From Geobacter metallireducens GS-15 (lineage in GTDB: Bacteria; Desulfobacterota; Desulfuromonadia; Geobacterales; Geobacteraceae), in the NCBI RefSeq assembly GCF_000012925.1, contig NC_007517.1, positions 1,650,001 through 1,682,000 of the forward strand: a stretch of 32,000 nucleotides of DNA. The letters are read 5' to 3'. The position numbers and the translations under genes were made by a program. The notes beneath the pieces were generated by a model. The model worked only from the letters and a program-made list of their open reading frames with translations. It made no database searches and had not been told where the DNA came from. Each line of letters starts with the position of its first letter. Position 1 is the first letter of the stretch. This document shows positions 16,121-24,547 of the stretch, piece after piece.

Positions 16121-16146
16121 AGGAAACGAGGGACACTTCCCATATT
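16120..16146 (+). repeat. junction repeat copy R3
   Basis: GAGGAAACGAGGGACACTTCCCATATT starts exactly where homology to rhs ends. The three copies fall in three different phases of the nominal ORF (NEGRFPY / TRDTSHI / KRGTLPI), so this is a DNA-level element rather than a coding one. Confidence 0.85.
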
Positions 16147-16288
16147 TAATAGGTCATTAGCCACTCTCAACCCTAATGTATCTTCTAATTTCTGGCCTTC
16201 ACTGCGGAGCCACAAGCTTTTTTCCCATCTGCCACTGAGTTGTAACCGGGCTCTGGCATAAGGGAAGAAAACGACGGGAGCTCCGACC

Positions 16289-17371
16289 ATGATCACAAAT
16301 GCTGTCATTCCCCTGGCCCGAAGAGCTATGAGCACCCACCCCGCCCTCATGGGGATGGCCACCGCCACCTCCGGTTTTATCCGGCAGATGTCCATTAAGA
16401 CATTCTCCCCAAGGCTCAGGCGCAGGGAACTGGCCCTGCGGAACGAACTGCCAAGCATCCACACGGTCCGTAACCACTTGTTCAAAGAGAAGGGACAGGG
16501 AGAGGTTCCCACTATAGTCATCGGGGGGTTCGTTCCCGATGCCACCGAGGCGGTGGAGTTCCAGCGGGAGATCTTCCGGCGCCACGGTTCCGTCTACTAT
16601 ATTAATTTCTCCCGCTCCGGCTTTTCGGCTCCTTTCTTTTTCGCTCAACTGGCGGACCTGATTGAAGAGTTGAACCGCAAGGGGCAGAAGCCGATCATTT
16701 TTTCCGTCAGTTTCGGCTGTAGTCTGGTGTCCCGCTTTTTCCGGGACGGTCACGACACAGGCCTCTCCATCAGGGGGACAGTGTTGACGAGCCCGGTCCT
16801 TTGCATCGAGGATCTGGTCCGCCCCGAAGGGGAGCGGCGCGGAGGAGTCAGGATGCTGGAGAGCAACCTGAAGCGGATTCTGCGGGCTGAGACCACCAAG
16901 GGGGATGAGTTGAACCGCCAGATCGAGCGGGCTCGCCGCTGCTTCCAGGCCCTCTTTGAGGCAGGGGCCGAGAATCGGGTCCTGTCGAACCGACACCTGT
17001 CCATACGGAAAAGGATCATGGGGGTTCTGGAAAGCACTTCCTGTCTAGGCGGATACGAAAGGGTCATGGCCCTGCGGGATGCCCCGACGACAACGGACGG
17101 CACGGTTTTCGGGGGACCGGCCCTGGTGCTCCTGGCCGAGAAGGAAGACGAACTCCTGGTTAACACCTCCCCGACGCTTGCGGCCCTTCGGGACTCGGAA
17201 ATCCGCGCGCGGCTCTTCCCCCGGGGCAAGGTGCGGACGGTCATGTCCCCCGCAAGCGGCGACGCCGTGGCCCATGCCTCCCTCATCTTCCACCAGCACT
17301 GCTATAATCCCCTCATCGAGGCGTGGTACGACAGACTCACAACGCCGCTGCGCCTGGCGGTGGTTTCGTGA
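16289..17371 (+). CDS. alpha/beta-hydrolase-like protein of unknown specificity
   Basis: 360-aa ORF containing 'PTIVIGGFVPD' and a nucleophile-elbow-like 'SVSFGCS' (SxSxG variant). A late 'DAVAHASL' could carry the catalytic His. GGGAG lies ~10 nt upstream of the ATG. Confidence 0.65.
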   Translation: MITNAVIPLARRAMSTHPALMGMATATSGFIRQMSIKTFSPRLRRRELALRNELPSIHTVRNHLFKEKGQGEVPTIVIGGFVPDATEAVEFQREIFRRHGSVYYINFSRSGFSAPFFFAQLADLIEELNRKGQKPIIFSVSFGCSLVSRFFRDGHDTGLSIRGTVLTSPVLCIEDLVRPEGERRGGVRMLESNLKRILRAETTKGDELNRQIERARRCFQALFEAGAENRVLSNRHLSIRKRIMGVLESTSCLGGYERVMALRDAPTTTDGTVFGGPALVLLAEKEDELLVNTSPTLAALRDSEIRARLFPRGKVRTVMSPASGDAVAHASLIFHQHCYNPLIEAWYDRLTTPLRLAVVS

Positions 17372-18951
17372 CGGCATCTTCCCCCTTCAGGGCACTGACG
17401 GCGCCGGCCCTGGATCTGATGCTGAAAAGCGGCGCCTCAGCCCTTGCCAGGAACTTCGAGTCCCGCGACTCCGTGGCCTGCCAGCGGGAGATGCTGCAGC
17501 GCCTGGTGGCGGTCGGAGGGGGCACCAGATTCGGCCGTGATCACGGACTGGCGGAATTGGCGGGAGAGCCCATCGACCGGCTTTACGCTCAATACCGCCG
17601 ACGGGTCCCGATCCGTACCTACTCTGACTTCTGGAACGAGTACTTTCAGGAGGGGCTTCGGGAGGAGAATGGCAGGAAGCGGCTTCTTCTGGAAGATGCC
17701 ACCTGGCCGGGCAAGATCCCCTTTTTCTGCGAAACCTCGGGCACCACTGCCCCCACCAAGTACATTCCATTCTCACGGGAGATGTTCGCCGCCAACAAGC
17801 GGGCCGCCCTGGACATGACCGCCTGCTACCTCCACCGCAACCCCAGGAGCCGTCTCTTCCAGGGAAAGCTCCTCTATATGTCCGGAAACACGAATCTCAC
17901 GGATCTGGGGGATGGGGTCAAAAGCGGCGACATGAGCGCCATCACCCTGCGTCATCGCCCCTTCTTCCTTAAACCCTTCGTTGCGCCGGGAATACGGGTG
18001 GCAGCCCTGCCGTGGGAAGAAAAGGTGGTGGAGTTGGCGGGGATGCTCCTCTCGGACCGCTCCATCCGGGGGATCTCCGGCGTTCCCCCCTGGATCATCC
18101 TGCTGCTGCAGCGGGTGGAGGAGATGGGGCACCGCTCCCTCTCGGAGCTTCTGCCCAATCTCGAACTCATCATCCACGGCGGCACCAGCATGAAACCCTA
18201 CCGCCGGGAATTCGACATTCTCTTCCGCAACCGACTTCCCAACTATCTGGAGGTACTCCCTTCATCGGAAGCGTTCATGGCCTTTCAGCTCCTGGGGGAG
18301 GAGCGGATGCGCCTTGCCCCCCACTACGGGGTATTCTTCGAGTTTGTCCCCTTCGAGGAACTTGACGAGCGGGGAGTGCCAGCCCCCGACGCCCCGGCGA
18401 TTCCCCTGGAGGAGATCGAGACCGGGCGGCGCTACGCCGTCATCCTTACCACCTGCTCCGGGCTCTGGCGCTATCATATCGGCGACACCATCCGCTTCAC
18501 CGACCGGGAGCCCCTCTTTATCGAATTCACGGGCAGGGACAAGTTTCTGGACCGCTTCGAGGAAAAGGTAACCCAAGGAGAAGTGGAGGAGGCGGTGGCC
18601 CGGCTTAACCAGACGGGTGGCATAGAGGTGCGGGAATTCATGGTGGGCCCTGACATCGCAAGCCGGCGACACGTGTGGGTGCTGGCGGTTGGAGAGATGA
18701 ACGAGCGTGATAGCGGAACCCTGGAGCGTCTTCTGGACGCAACCCTTCGATCCCTGAACGCCGACTACGCCACGTTCCGGGAACAGGGACGAATTGCGCC
18801 ACCGCGGGTTGTGACGGTGGAAGAGGAACTCATCTACCGCTGGTCACGGGAGGTGCGGGGAAAGCTCGGTGGCCAGAGTAAAATCCCCCACATCGATCCG
18901 ACGGTTGACGGAGAGATGATTATGAGCCTGACGGAATTCGCCGGCCATTGA
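17368..18951 (+). CDS. GH3-family acyl-acid amido synthetase (adenylating enzyme)
   Basis: 'FCETSGTTAPTKYIPFS' matches the GH3 P-loop-like motif SSGTT..K.IP. Also present are 'YMSGNTNL', 'IHGGTSMKPY' and 'GLWRYHIGDTIRF'. I prefer the GTG at 17368, which overlaps the upstream TGA (GTGA). Alternative starts are the ATG at 17419 and the track ATG at 17323, which lies inside the upstream gene. Confidence 0.8.
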   Translation: MTASSPFRALTAPALDLMLKSGASALARNFESRDSVACQREMLQRLVAVGGGTRFGRDHGLAELAGEPIDRLYAQYRRRVPIRTYSDFWNEYFQEGLREENGRKRLLLEDATWPGKIPFFCETSGTTAPTKYIPFSREMFAANKRAALDMTACYLHRNPRSRLFQGKLLYMSGNTNLTDLGDGVKSGDMSAITLRHRPFFLKPFVAPGIRVAALPWEEKVVELAGMLLSDRSIRGISGVPPWIILLLQRVEEMGHRSLSELLPNLELIIHGGTSMKPYRREFDILFRNRLPNYLEVLPSSEAFMAFQLLGEERMRLAPHYGVFFEFVPFEELDERGVPAPDAPAIPLEEIETGRRYAVILTTCSGLWRYHIGDTIRFTDREPLFIEFTGRDKFLDRFEEKVTQGEVEEAVARLNQTGGIEVREFMVGPDIASRRHVWVLAVGEMNERDSGTLERLLDATLRSLNADYATFREQGRIAPPRVVTVEEELIYRWSREVRGKLGGQSKIPHIDPTVDGEMIMSLTEFAGH

Positions 18952-18980
18952 CCAAGGCGATACCTTCCCGGCTTCCGCCT

Positions 18981-21152
18981 TCAGAAGAGCAAACTCTCCA
19001 ACCCCAAGGTTCTCCTGAAATCCCACAGATTCATGAACAGGGCGTCGAAGCGCAGCCGGCGCGCCTGTTCCTCTTCCCGCTTCCAGAAATGAAGCTCGCT
19101 TACCGGATAGAGATAGCCGAATCCGTAGGCGGTCAGGTCCGTCCGCTTACGCGCCACAAGGCTCACCGGGTAACGATATCCCGCCTCCTGTTCCTTTACG
19201 AGAACCAGTGCCCGTTCACGAACCGCCGCCGCCCTGGCAAGAAGCCGGAGCGCCCCGGCTCCGGGCCGCTTCTCGCGCGGCAGCTGTCGTTGGGCCATGA
19301 TTGCACGGATGGTGAGTGCCCGATGACCGGCCCGCAGGGCCGTGGCCGTGAGACTCCGCTCCAGTTCCCGCGAAATTCCCCGTAACCCTTCCTTACCATT
19401 CGGAACCGTTGTCACGAATCGTTTCGATTCCCTCCTGATTTCCAGAGCAAGCCGTTCCATCTGCCGGCTGAATTCCTCCAGATCGGCCACCGTTGCCGCA
19501 GGTAACGCTGTTGAGCGCTTTGATGCGATGAGTTCTCCGTACCGGAACGGCGGCTCCGGCTGGAACGGCTTGTTCAGGGGCCACGGCATCTCGGAAAAGG
19601 GGGCCAGGGCTGCGGTATAGCGGAGAAGCTCCCGCTCCTTCAGGTAGTGCTCCTGGAGGGTGAGGGCCTCTTGCCAGAGCTGCCGGAGACGGCGGTCGGG
19701 AAAGAGATCGCCGAGCACGGAGAGGGGGGACGTCGCCTCGTCGCGGCCGCTGGAAGCATGCCGCCACGACCAGCGGGCGATGCTCCAGTCGGTGAGCCAG
19801 TTGCCCCACTCCCAGCCCGAGGTGAAGGTAAGGTGTCCGGTCACGCCAAGGCGCTCCATGGTCATCATGTCGTGGTGACGGGCCGAGAGATAGGGGAGGA
19901 GCATCTGGGGGACGGAATTGTCGAAGGCGACCCAGTAGGACGATTCGGGCCAGTACCAGGTCTCCCGCCGCCGCGATTCCTGTTCGGCCAGCTTCAGCAT
20001 GAAACGCTGATTAGTGTTGCCGTAGACCGGGGCTTTTTCCTCCGATGCGGAGTAGCACATGACCGTGTGCACGAGGATGCCGCAGTCTCGCGGCAGGTCG
20101 TCCACCGGCGGCGGGGTGCCGTTCGCCTCTTGGGCGCCGGGACGGATAACGTGGGTGGCGTGGAAGAAGCGGGCGCCATGGCGCTTGATCACCTGCTCCG
20201 CCGCATGGTTGCGCAGGGAGGGAGCGAGCCGGTCGATGCGGGGCAGATGCTCGCCCGTGGCGCTTTCGAGAGTGACGAAGTCCCAGGGGACCTGGAAGAG
20301 CCAGTCAAGGTTCCGGTCGATCTGGCGCCGGTAAAAAGGCCTCAGGAGCTTCACCGTCTGAAATGCCTGCTGCTGGAGCATGGAGAGGGATATCTCCACC
20401 CCCACGGCGATCCCCCGCTGGTGGGCATACTCCACGAAAGCCCGGGCGTGGGGAGGCCAGCGGTCGCGATCCACACCCCGCAGGAGGAAAAACTGCATCG
20501 TGTTCTGGCCGTTGCGCGCCAGCCAGTCGATATATTCCTTCACATCGGCGAGGGCGCCGGGATACGAGGGGTCGTGGAGTTGGGTCGCCAGTTCGGTGGG
20601 GTGAAGGGTATGGAGGTGGAACCCGCGGCTGGCGAAGCGGGGGGTGGCGCTCCAGCGAAAGCGGCTGGTGAGTGGCCACGTGGCGTGGCGGGGAACGATG
20701 GTCTGCCGGGGGTGGATGAAGCGGTAGCCGAGCCGCTCCTGGAGGAGACCGTAGAGGCCGTTGCTGATCCCCGCTGCCGTGGTGGCCGAGAGAGTCAGTA
20801 CCGTGGCGTCTCTGACGTGGCGGGAGTTCCAGGTGTATGATTGGGCTGTGCTGTCTCGAAGGGATTCCGTGGTGCTTTGGGGAAGGGTAGGGAGAACCAG
20901 GCGGATGGAGGCCTTGGAATCGTTCAGGGTGATCCGGGCGTCGGGGAACCCTTTTTTCATGAGACGAAGCGTGTCATCGACGGTATTTCTGGCCACCGGG
21001 GCGGCAAGAAGCGACGGTGGGGCGATAATGCCGACGGAAAGGGGGCGGGCGTCGGCGGCTGAGCAGAAAACCAACCAGCCGGCCATGATGAAGAGAACGG
21101 GTGACAGGAGCACTGCCACCCGTTCGATGCGAGGAAACGGGGAAACTGTCAA
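18981..21152 (-). CDS. secreted protein, possibly glycoside-hydrolase-like (GH20-domain-2/DUF4838-like N-terminus + TIM-barrel-like core); function uncertain
   Basis: 723-aa ORF with a signal-peptide-like 'VAVLLSPVLFIMAGWLVFCSAADA'. The N-terminal 'LTLSATTAAGISNGLYGLLQERLGYRF' resembles the G..YG.y.lLe.lG.rf motif of hexosaminidase-like domain 2; this comparison is from memory. The start is TTG with no clear SD, so the start coordinate is uncertain. Confidence 0.65.
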   Translation of the reverse strand: MTVSPFPRIERVAVLLSPVLFIMAGWLVFCSAADARPLSVGIIAPPSLLAAPVARNTVDDTLRLMKKGFPDARITLNDSKASIRLVLPTLPQSTTESLRDSTAQSYTWNSRHVRDATVLTLSATTAAGISNGLYGLLQERLGYRFIHPRQTIVPRHATWPLTSRFRWSATPRFASRGFHLHTLHPTELATQLHDPSYPGALADVKEYIDWLARNGQNTMQFFLLRGVDRDRWPPHARAFVEYAHQRGIAVGVEISLSMLQQQAFQTVKLLRPFYRRQIDRNLDWLFQVPWDFVTLESATGEHLPRIDRLAPSLRNHAAEQVIKRHGARFFHATHVIRPGAQEANGTPPPVDDLPRDCGILVHTVMCYSASEEKAPVYGNTNQRFMLKLAEQESRRRETWYWPESSYWVAFDNSVPQMLLPYLSARHHDMMTMERLGVTGHLTFTSGWEWGNWLTDWSIARWSWRHASSGRDEATSPLSVLGDLFPDRRLRQLWQEALTLQEHYLKERELLRYTAALAPFSEMPWPLNKPFQPEPPFRYGELIASKRSTALPAATVADLEEFSRQMERLALEIRRESKRFVTTVPNGKEGLRGISRELERSLTATALRAGHRALTIRAIMAQRQLPREKRPGAGALRLLARAAAVRERALVLVKEQEAGYRYPVSLVARKRTDLTAYGFGYLYPVSELHFWKREEEQARRLRFDALFMNLWDFRRTLGLESLLF

Positions 21153-21169
21153 TGAAGGAGACCGGTTGA

Positions 21170-23581
21170 CTAGAAGTTGGCAGCCTTGCCCGGCTGCCGC
21201 AGAATGGTGCTGTAGGCATCTCCGGTGAGGGACGCCCCCTGCTCGGCAAAGGCCCGGGCATTGCGGCCCATGGTGTGCATCAGGTCCGGATCGCGCACGA
21301 GGGTGAGGAGGGAGGCGGCAAGGCCGTCCTCGTCCATGTGCCGCAGAATGAGGCCTGTTTCTCCCTCGACCATGAGCTCATGGGGCCCCCCTTCGTCCGA
21401 GACGATTACCGGGAGTCCCGAGGCCTGGGCCTCAAGGACCACGTTACCGAAGGTGTCGGTGGTGCTCGGGAAGACGAAGGCGTCGGCTGAGGCATAGCAG
21501 CGCTGCAGTTCCTCTCCCTCCCGATAGCCGGTGAAGTGGACCGGGTATCCGGCCAGCCGCGCCTCCATTTCGGCCCGGTAGGGGCCATCCCCCACGACAA
21601 TCAGCCAGGCCGGTGCGCCGTAGTCCACGATGCGGATAAAGGCGTCAGCCAGAAGCTCCAGGTTCTTTTCCCGGGAGACCCGCCCCACGTAGAGAAATTT
21701 CACCCCTTCGCCGATCCCGTGGCGTTTCCAGTAGTGGGGATCCCGCCGCTCGGGAGTGTAGGCGTCGATATCGACCCAGCGGGGGAGGGGACGGGTCTTT
21801 TCTTCCGGCAATCCCTGTTCCACCAGCTGCCGCCGGGTGCTGGCGGATGGGACCATCACCTCGGACAGCTGGCCGTAGAACCAGATCATGTAGTTCCAGG
21901 CGGCTTTTTCCAGCATCTCGTCGTTGGTCAGGTCGCGAACGTACTGGGGAATATCGGTGTGGTAGGTGCCGGCGGCGGGGATGTCCATGAGCCGTGCCGC
22001 CATGAGGCCCAAGAGCCCGATGGTCCCGGGAGTGCTCACGTGGATGGAGGTGAAGCCTTCCCGCTCAACGAAGTCGATCACATCGAGAATGGGAGGGAAG
22101 TGGAGGCGGATCTCCGGGTACTCGGGGAGGACGAAGTCGCCGATGGACGTGAAGTTCATGACGCCGTCGGCGTGGCCGGTCGCCCGGGGGGACGAGGTGA
22201 TGACCGTGAGTTCTATTCCCCGGCTGCGGGCCGTGGCAATAAGCCGGCGGATGGTGATGGCCACGCCGTTGATCTCGTCCAGGGTGTCGGTGAAGAGGGC
22301 GATCTTTTCGCGCTGATTCCCCTGGTTGGCGAGGGGGAAGCGGTCGGCCAGCTCCCGCATCAGCTCCTTGCCCCGGTGCTGATGGTGGAACGCCAGGTAG
22401 TAGGGGGAGATGAGGAGATGGACAAGCCCGACGGTGCTCAGGGACTGGATTATGGAGAAGATGCCCGAGGAGAATGAGAGCTTGGTCAGCTTTTCCGAAT
22501 AGAGGTAGAGCATCCGGTTGGCCAGGTAGCTGGTGATGGCGAAGATCTTCCGGTTGCGGGTCTCGGGGCTGATCCGGGCCATGAATCCCGTGTCGTTCAG
22601 CACCCGTCTGGCCTCCCGGTCCAGAACCTCCTCGAAGCTGGCTCCGCCGCGCTGCTCGTAAATCTCCGGGAGGTTCCTGCGCACCAGGAGCCGCAGCCGC
22701 TCCCGCAGGGTCATCTTCCTGCTGGTCTCGAACATGCGATTGAGGAGGGCATTCACGAAGGGGGTGGAGCGGTTTGTCCCCCCGTCGAGCCGTTCACGGT
22801 AGAAGTTGTAGGCAATCCCGTAGAGGCTGTGGGCCAGGGTCAGGGCGTCGCCGTCCTCGCCGTCGGCCCAGGTTTCGCGGTTGAAGACGGCGTCCAGAAA
22901 CCCCGCCGGCGTCTCGCCGCGCTGGGCGGAGGTCCAGGCCCGGCCGATGAAGAGCCCGCCGTGGTCGTCGGAACCGCCGACACGTCCCTTGATCCAGGGC
23001 TCAGGCCCGGTGGGGACAATGCCGTGCTTCTCGGCAAGTCGTTGGATACGCTCGGGGGTCAGGGTGTTCAGAAGCTCGTCGGTGAAGCCGTTGAAACGCT
23101 TGGCCCTGGCACCGTTACGCACTTCGATGGTGTTGAAGAGGAGGAGCAGCTTTTCGATGTGGTCGGCAGAGAGCTTGTCGTTCTGGGCATAGAGGGGATG
23201 GGCGAGAAAATGGGCAATGCGTTTCTCGTGCAGATAAGAGGCCAGCTCGAAAACGTTTCGCCGAAGCTGCATGAGATCCTGGAAGACGCTTTCCCTGAGT
23301 CCCAGGGCCACCACGTGGACCTTGCAGCCGTCTTCGGGAAAGTAGGAAGTGAGCTCGGCACCGATGATGACGCCGGGAAGATGGGCAATCTCCAGGGCGC
23401 CGGTGATGGTGTTGTGGTCGGTGATGGCCACGTAGTCCATGCCGGCCGCTTTGGCCGTGTCATAGATGTGCCGGGGTGAGGTGAAGCTCTCAGGGCACTT
23501 GAACTTGCGCAGCGCCCAGTAGGTAGGCTTGTTGGAGTGGCTCGAATGAACGTGAAGGTCGCATCGGTACTCTGTTTTCAT
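21170..23581 (-). CDS. PHP-domain phosphoesterase fused to a GT4 (group 1) glycosyltransferase
   Basis: 803-aa ORF. The N-terminus has 'CDLHVHSSHSNK...YVAITDHNTITG' (PHP metal ligands). The C-terminus has 'FPSTTDTFGNVVLEAQASGLPVIVSDEGGPHELMVEGETGLI' (GT4 E-x7-E region). A hydrophobic linker 'GIFSIIQSLSTVGLVHLLISPYYLAF' connects them. Confidence 0.9.
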   Translation of the reverse strand: MKTEYRCDLHVHSSHSNKPTYWALRKFKCPESFTSPRHIYDTAKAAGMDYVAITDHNTITGALEIAHLPGVIIGAELTSYFPEDGCKVHVVALGLRESVFQDLMQLRRNVFELASYLHEKRIAHFLAHPLYAQNDKLSADHIEKLLLLFNTIEVRNGARAKRFNGFTDELLNTLTPERIQRLAEKHGIVPTGPEPWIKGRVGGSDDHGGLFIGRAWTSAQRGETPAGFLDAVFNRETWADGEDGDALTLAHSLYGIAYNFYRERLDGGTNRSTPFVNALLNRMFETSRKMTLRERLRLLVRRNLPEIYEQRGGASFEEVLDREARRVLNDTGFMARISPETRNRKIFAITSYLANRMLYLYSEKLTKLSFSSGIFSIIQSLSTVGLVHLLISPYYLAFHHQHRGKELMRELADRFPLANQGNQREKIALFTDTLDEINGVAITIRRLIATARSRGIELTVITSSPRATGHADGVMNFTSIGDFVLPEYPEIRLHFPPILDVIDFVEREGFTSIHVSTPGTIGLLGLMAARLMDIPAAGTYHTDIPQYVRDLTNDEMLEKAAWNYMIWFYGQLSEVMVPSASTRRQLVEQGLPEEKTRPLPRWVDIDAYTPERRDPHYWKRHGIGEGVKFLYVGRVSREKNLELLADAFIRIVDYGAPAWLIVVGDGPYRAEMEARLAGYPVHFTGYREGEELQRCYASADAFVFPSTTDTFGNVVLEAQASGLPVIVSDEGGPHELMVEGETGLILRHMDEDGLAASLLTLVRDPDLMHTMGRNARAFAEQGASLTGDAYSTILRQPGKAANF

Positions 23582-23674
23582 GTTTGCCAGTATGCACTGC
23601 CGAATTTACAGCCTTATGACCGTTCCGTGAATTGTCGGTTACAGCGTCATTCAGAAGGAACCAACTGTACGCAC

Positions 23675-24232
23675 TCAACTTCCTCCCTGGCCACGTAATT
23701 GAGCCATCTCAGCCGAAACGGCCCGAATCTCCCGGAGCTTTTCTTCTGCTTCGCGGCGTTTCCTGTCCCGGTCCGCACGTTCTTCTCCCGGGGCAGTTTT
23801 GAGACATTCCTGCCGCTCCCGCTGCAGGATACGGATCCGTTCAGAGAGTTCCCGGTAATAGGGAGACTGGACAGGCATCGCCGGCGTGTCGCCGCCATAA
23901 CTTGGAGAAGAATAGGTCTGTTCGGTCGCGGTCTGAGTGATTACAGCTTGGGGATACGTTGAAGCGGAAGCCGTGTAGTCGACCGGTTTGTCCTTGTCGT
24001 GTTCGGGTTTGCCGACCAACTCGACTTCGTAGTGGTCAGGATGATTTTCAAATCGCTCGACCAGATACGGTTCTTTGGCCTTAGGGGGAGGGGTGGGCAA
24101 TTCGGGAGTACCGGGGGTGCCGTACAGTTCGACGATTATCCGGTCGGGAAGCTCGATAATTCTCGGCGTGGCCTCGGCAATGGTGGTGAAGAGCAGCAAT
24201 GAAACAAGAACCAGACCGGTGCGGGTGGTCAT
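23675..24232 (-). CDS. secreted hypothetical protein with a Pro-rich linker and a charged coiled-coil tail
   Basis: 185-aa ORF with signal peptide 'MTTRTGLVLVSLLLFTTIAEA'. GGAGG lies 6 nt upstream of the ATG. I recognised no family. Confidence 0.6.
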   Translation of the reverse strand: MTTRTGLVLVSLLLFTTIAEATPRIIELPDRIIVELYGTPGTPELPTPPPKAKEPYLVERFENHPDHYEVELVGKPEHDKDKPVDYTASASTYPQAVITQTATEQTYSSPSYGGDTPAMPVQSPYYRELSERIRILQRERQECLKTAPGEERADRDRKRREAEEKLREIRAVSAEMAQLRGQGGS

Positions 24233-24244
24233 GGCAAACCTCCG

Positions 24245-24289
24245 TCACAAAAGATTAATCCCGGAAAGGCCATGGGCCTTTTCCGGGAT
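24245..24289 (-). terminator. strong hairpin + T-rich tail, either a terminator or a 5'-leader structure
   Basis: On the minus strand, ATCCCGGAAAAGGCC-CAT-GGCCTTTCCGGGAT forms a 14-bp stem with one bulged base, followed by TTAATCTTTTGTG. It lies 255 nt after the Lgt-like stop and only ~12 nt before the SD of the 185-aa gene. Confidence 0.5.
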
Positions 24290-24547
24290 ATCCTGTTTCC
24301 CAGACGGCTGGTCAGCTGAACCCGCAGGGTGGTCAGTTAGGGAAAGGCTGTATTGGGCTGTGACCCCACCAGGAAGAGGATGCGGTGCGTATTCTGTCGC
24401 TCGGAACGACTGATGCGCTTTATCCTGTTCGGGCTTCCTGGTGCCGTAGGCAAGGTCAGCAAAGGTCCCGTTGTCTAATTTCTCCTATTCATACACGGTC
24501 GATATGACGATTCTATTAAGAAAGAATAAAAAGTCGGTTACGGCCGC

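Noticed and set aside
15471-16146. CRISPR array, based on the recurring ~26-nt repeat
   Set aside because: There are only three copies plus a half copy, with grossly irregular spacing (about 15 nt and then about 570 nt). One 'spacer' is a copy of a chromosomal gene segment. No cas genes are present.
15443-16261. The 272-aa track ORF, considered as an intact gene
   Set aside because: It starts at TTG with no SD and reads through three copies of a DNA repeat in three different phases. It has no signal peptide. Only its central 550 nt are protein-like, as the rhs-derived fragment, and its tail runs through AT-rich non-coding sequence. It is better described as an orphan fragment or pseudogene.
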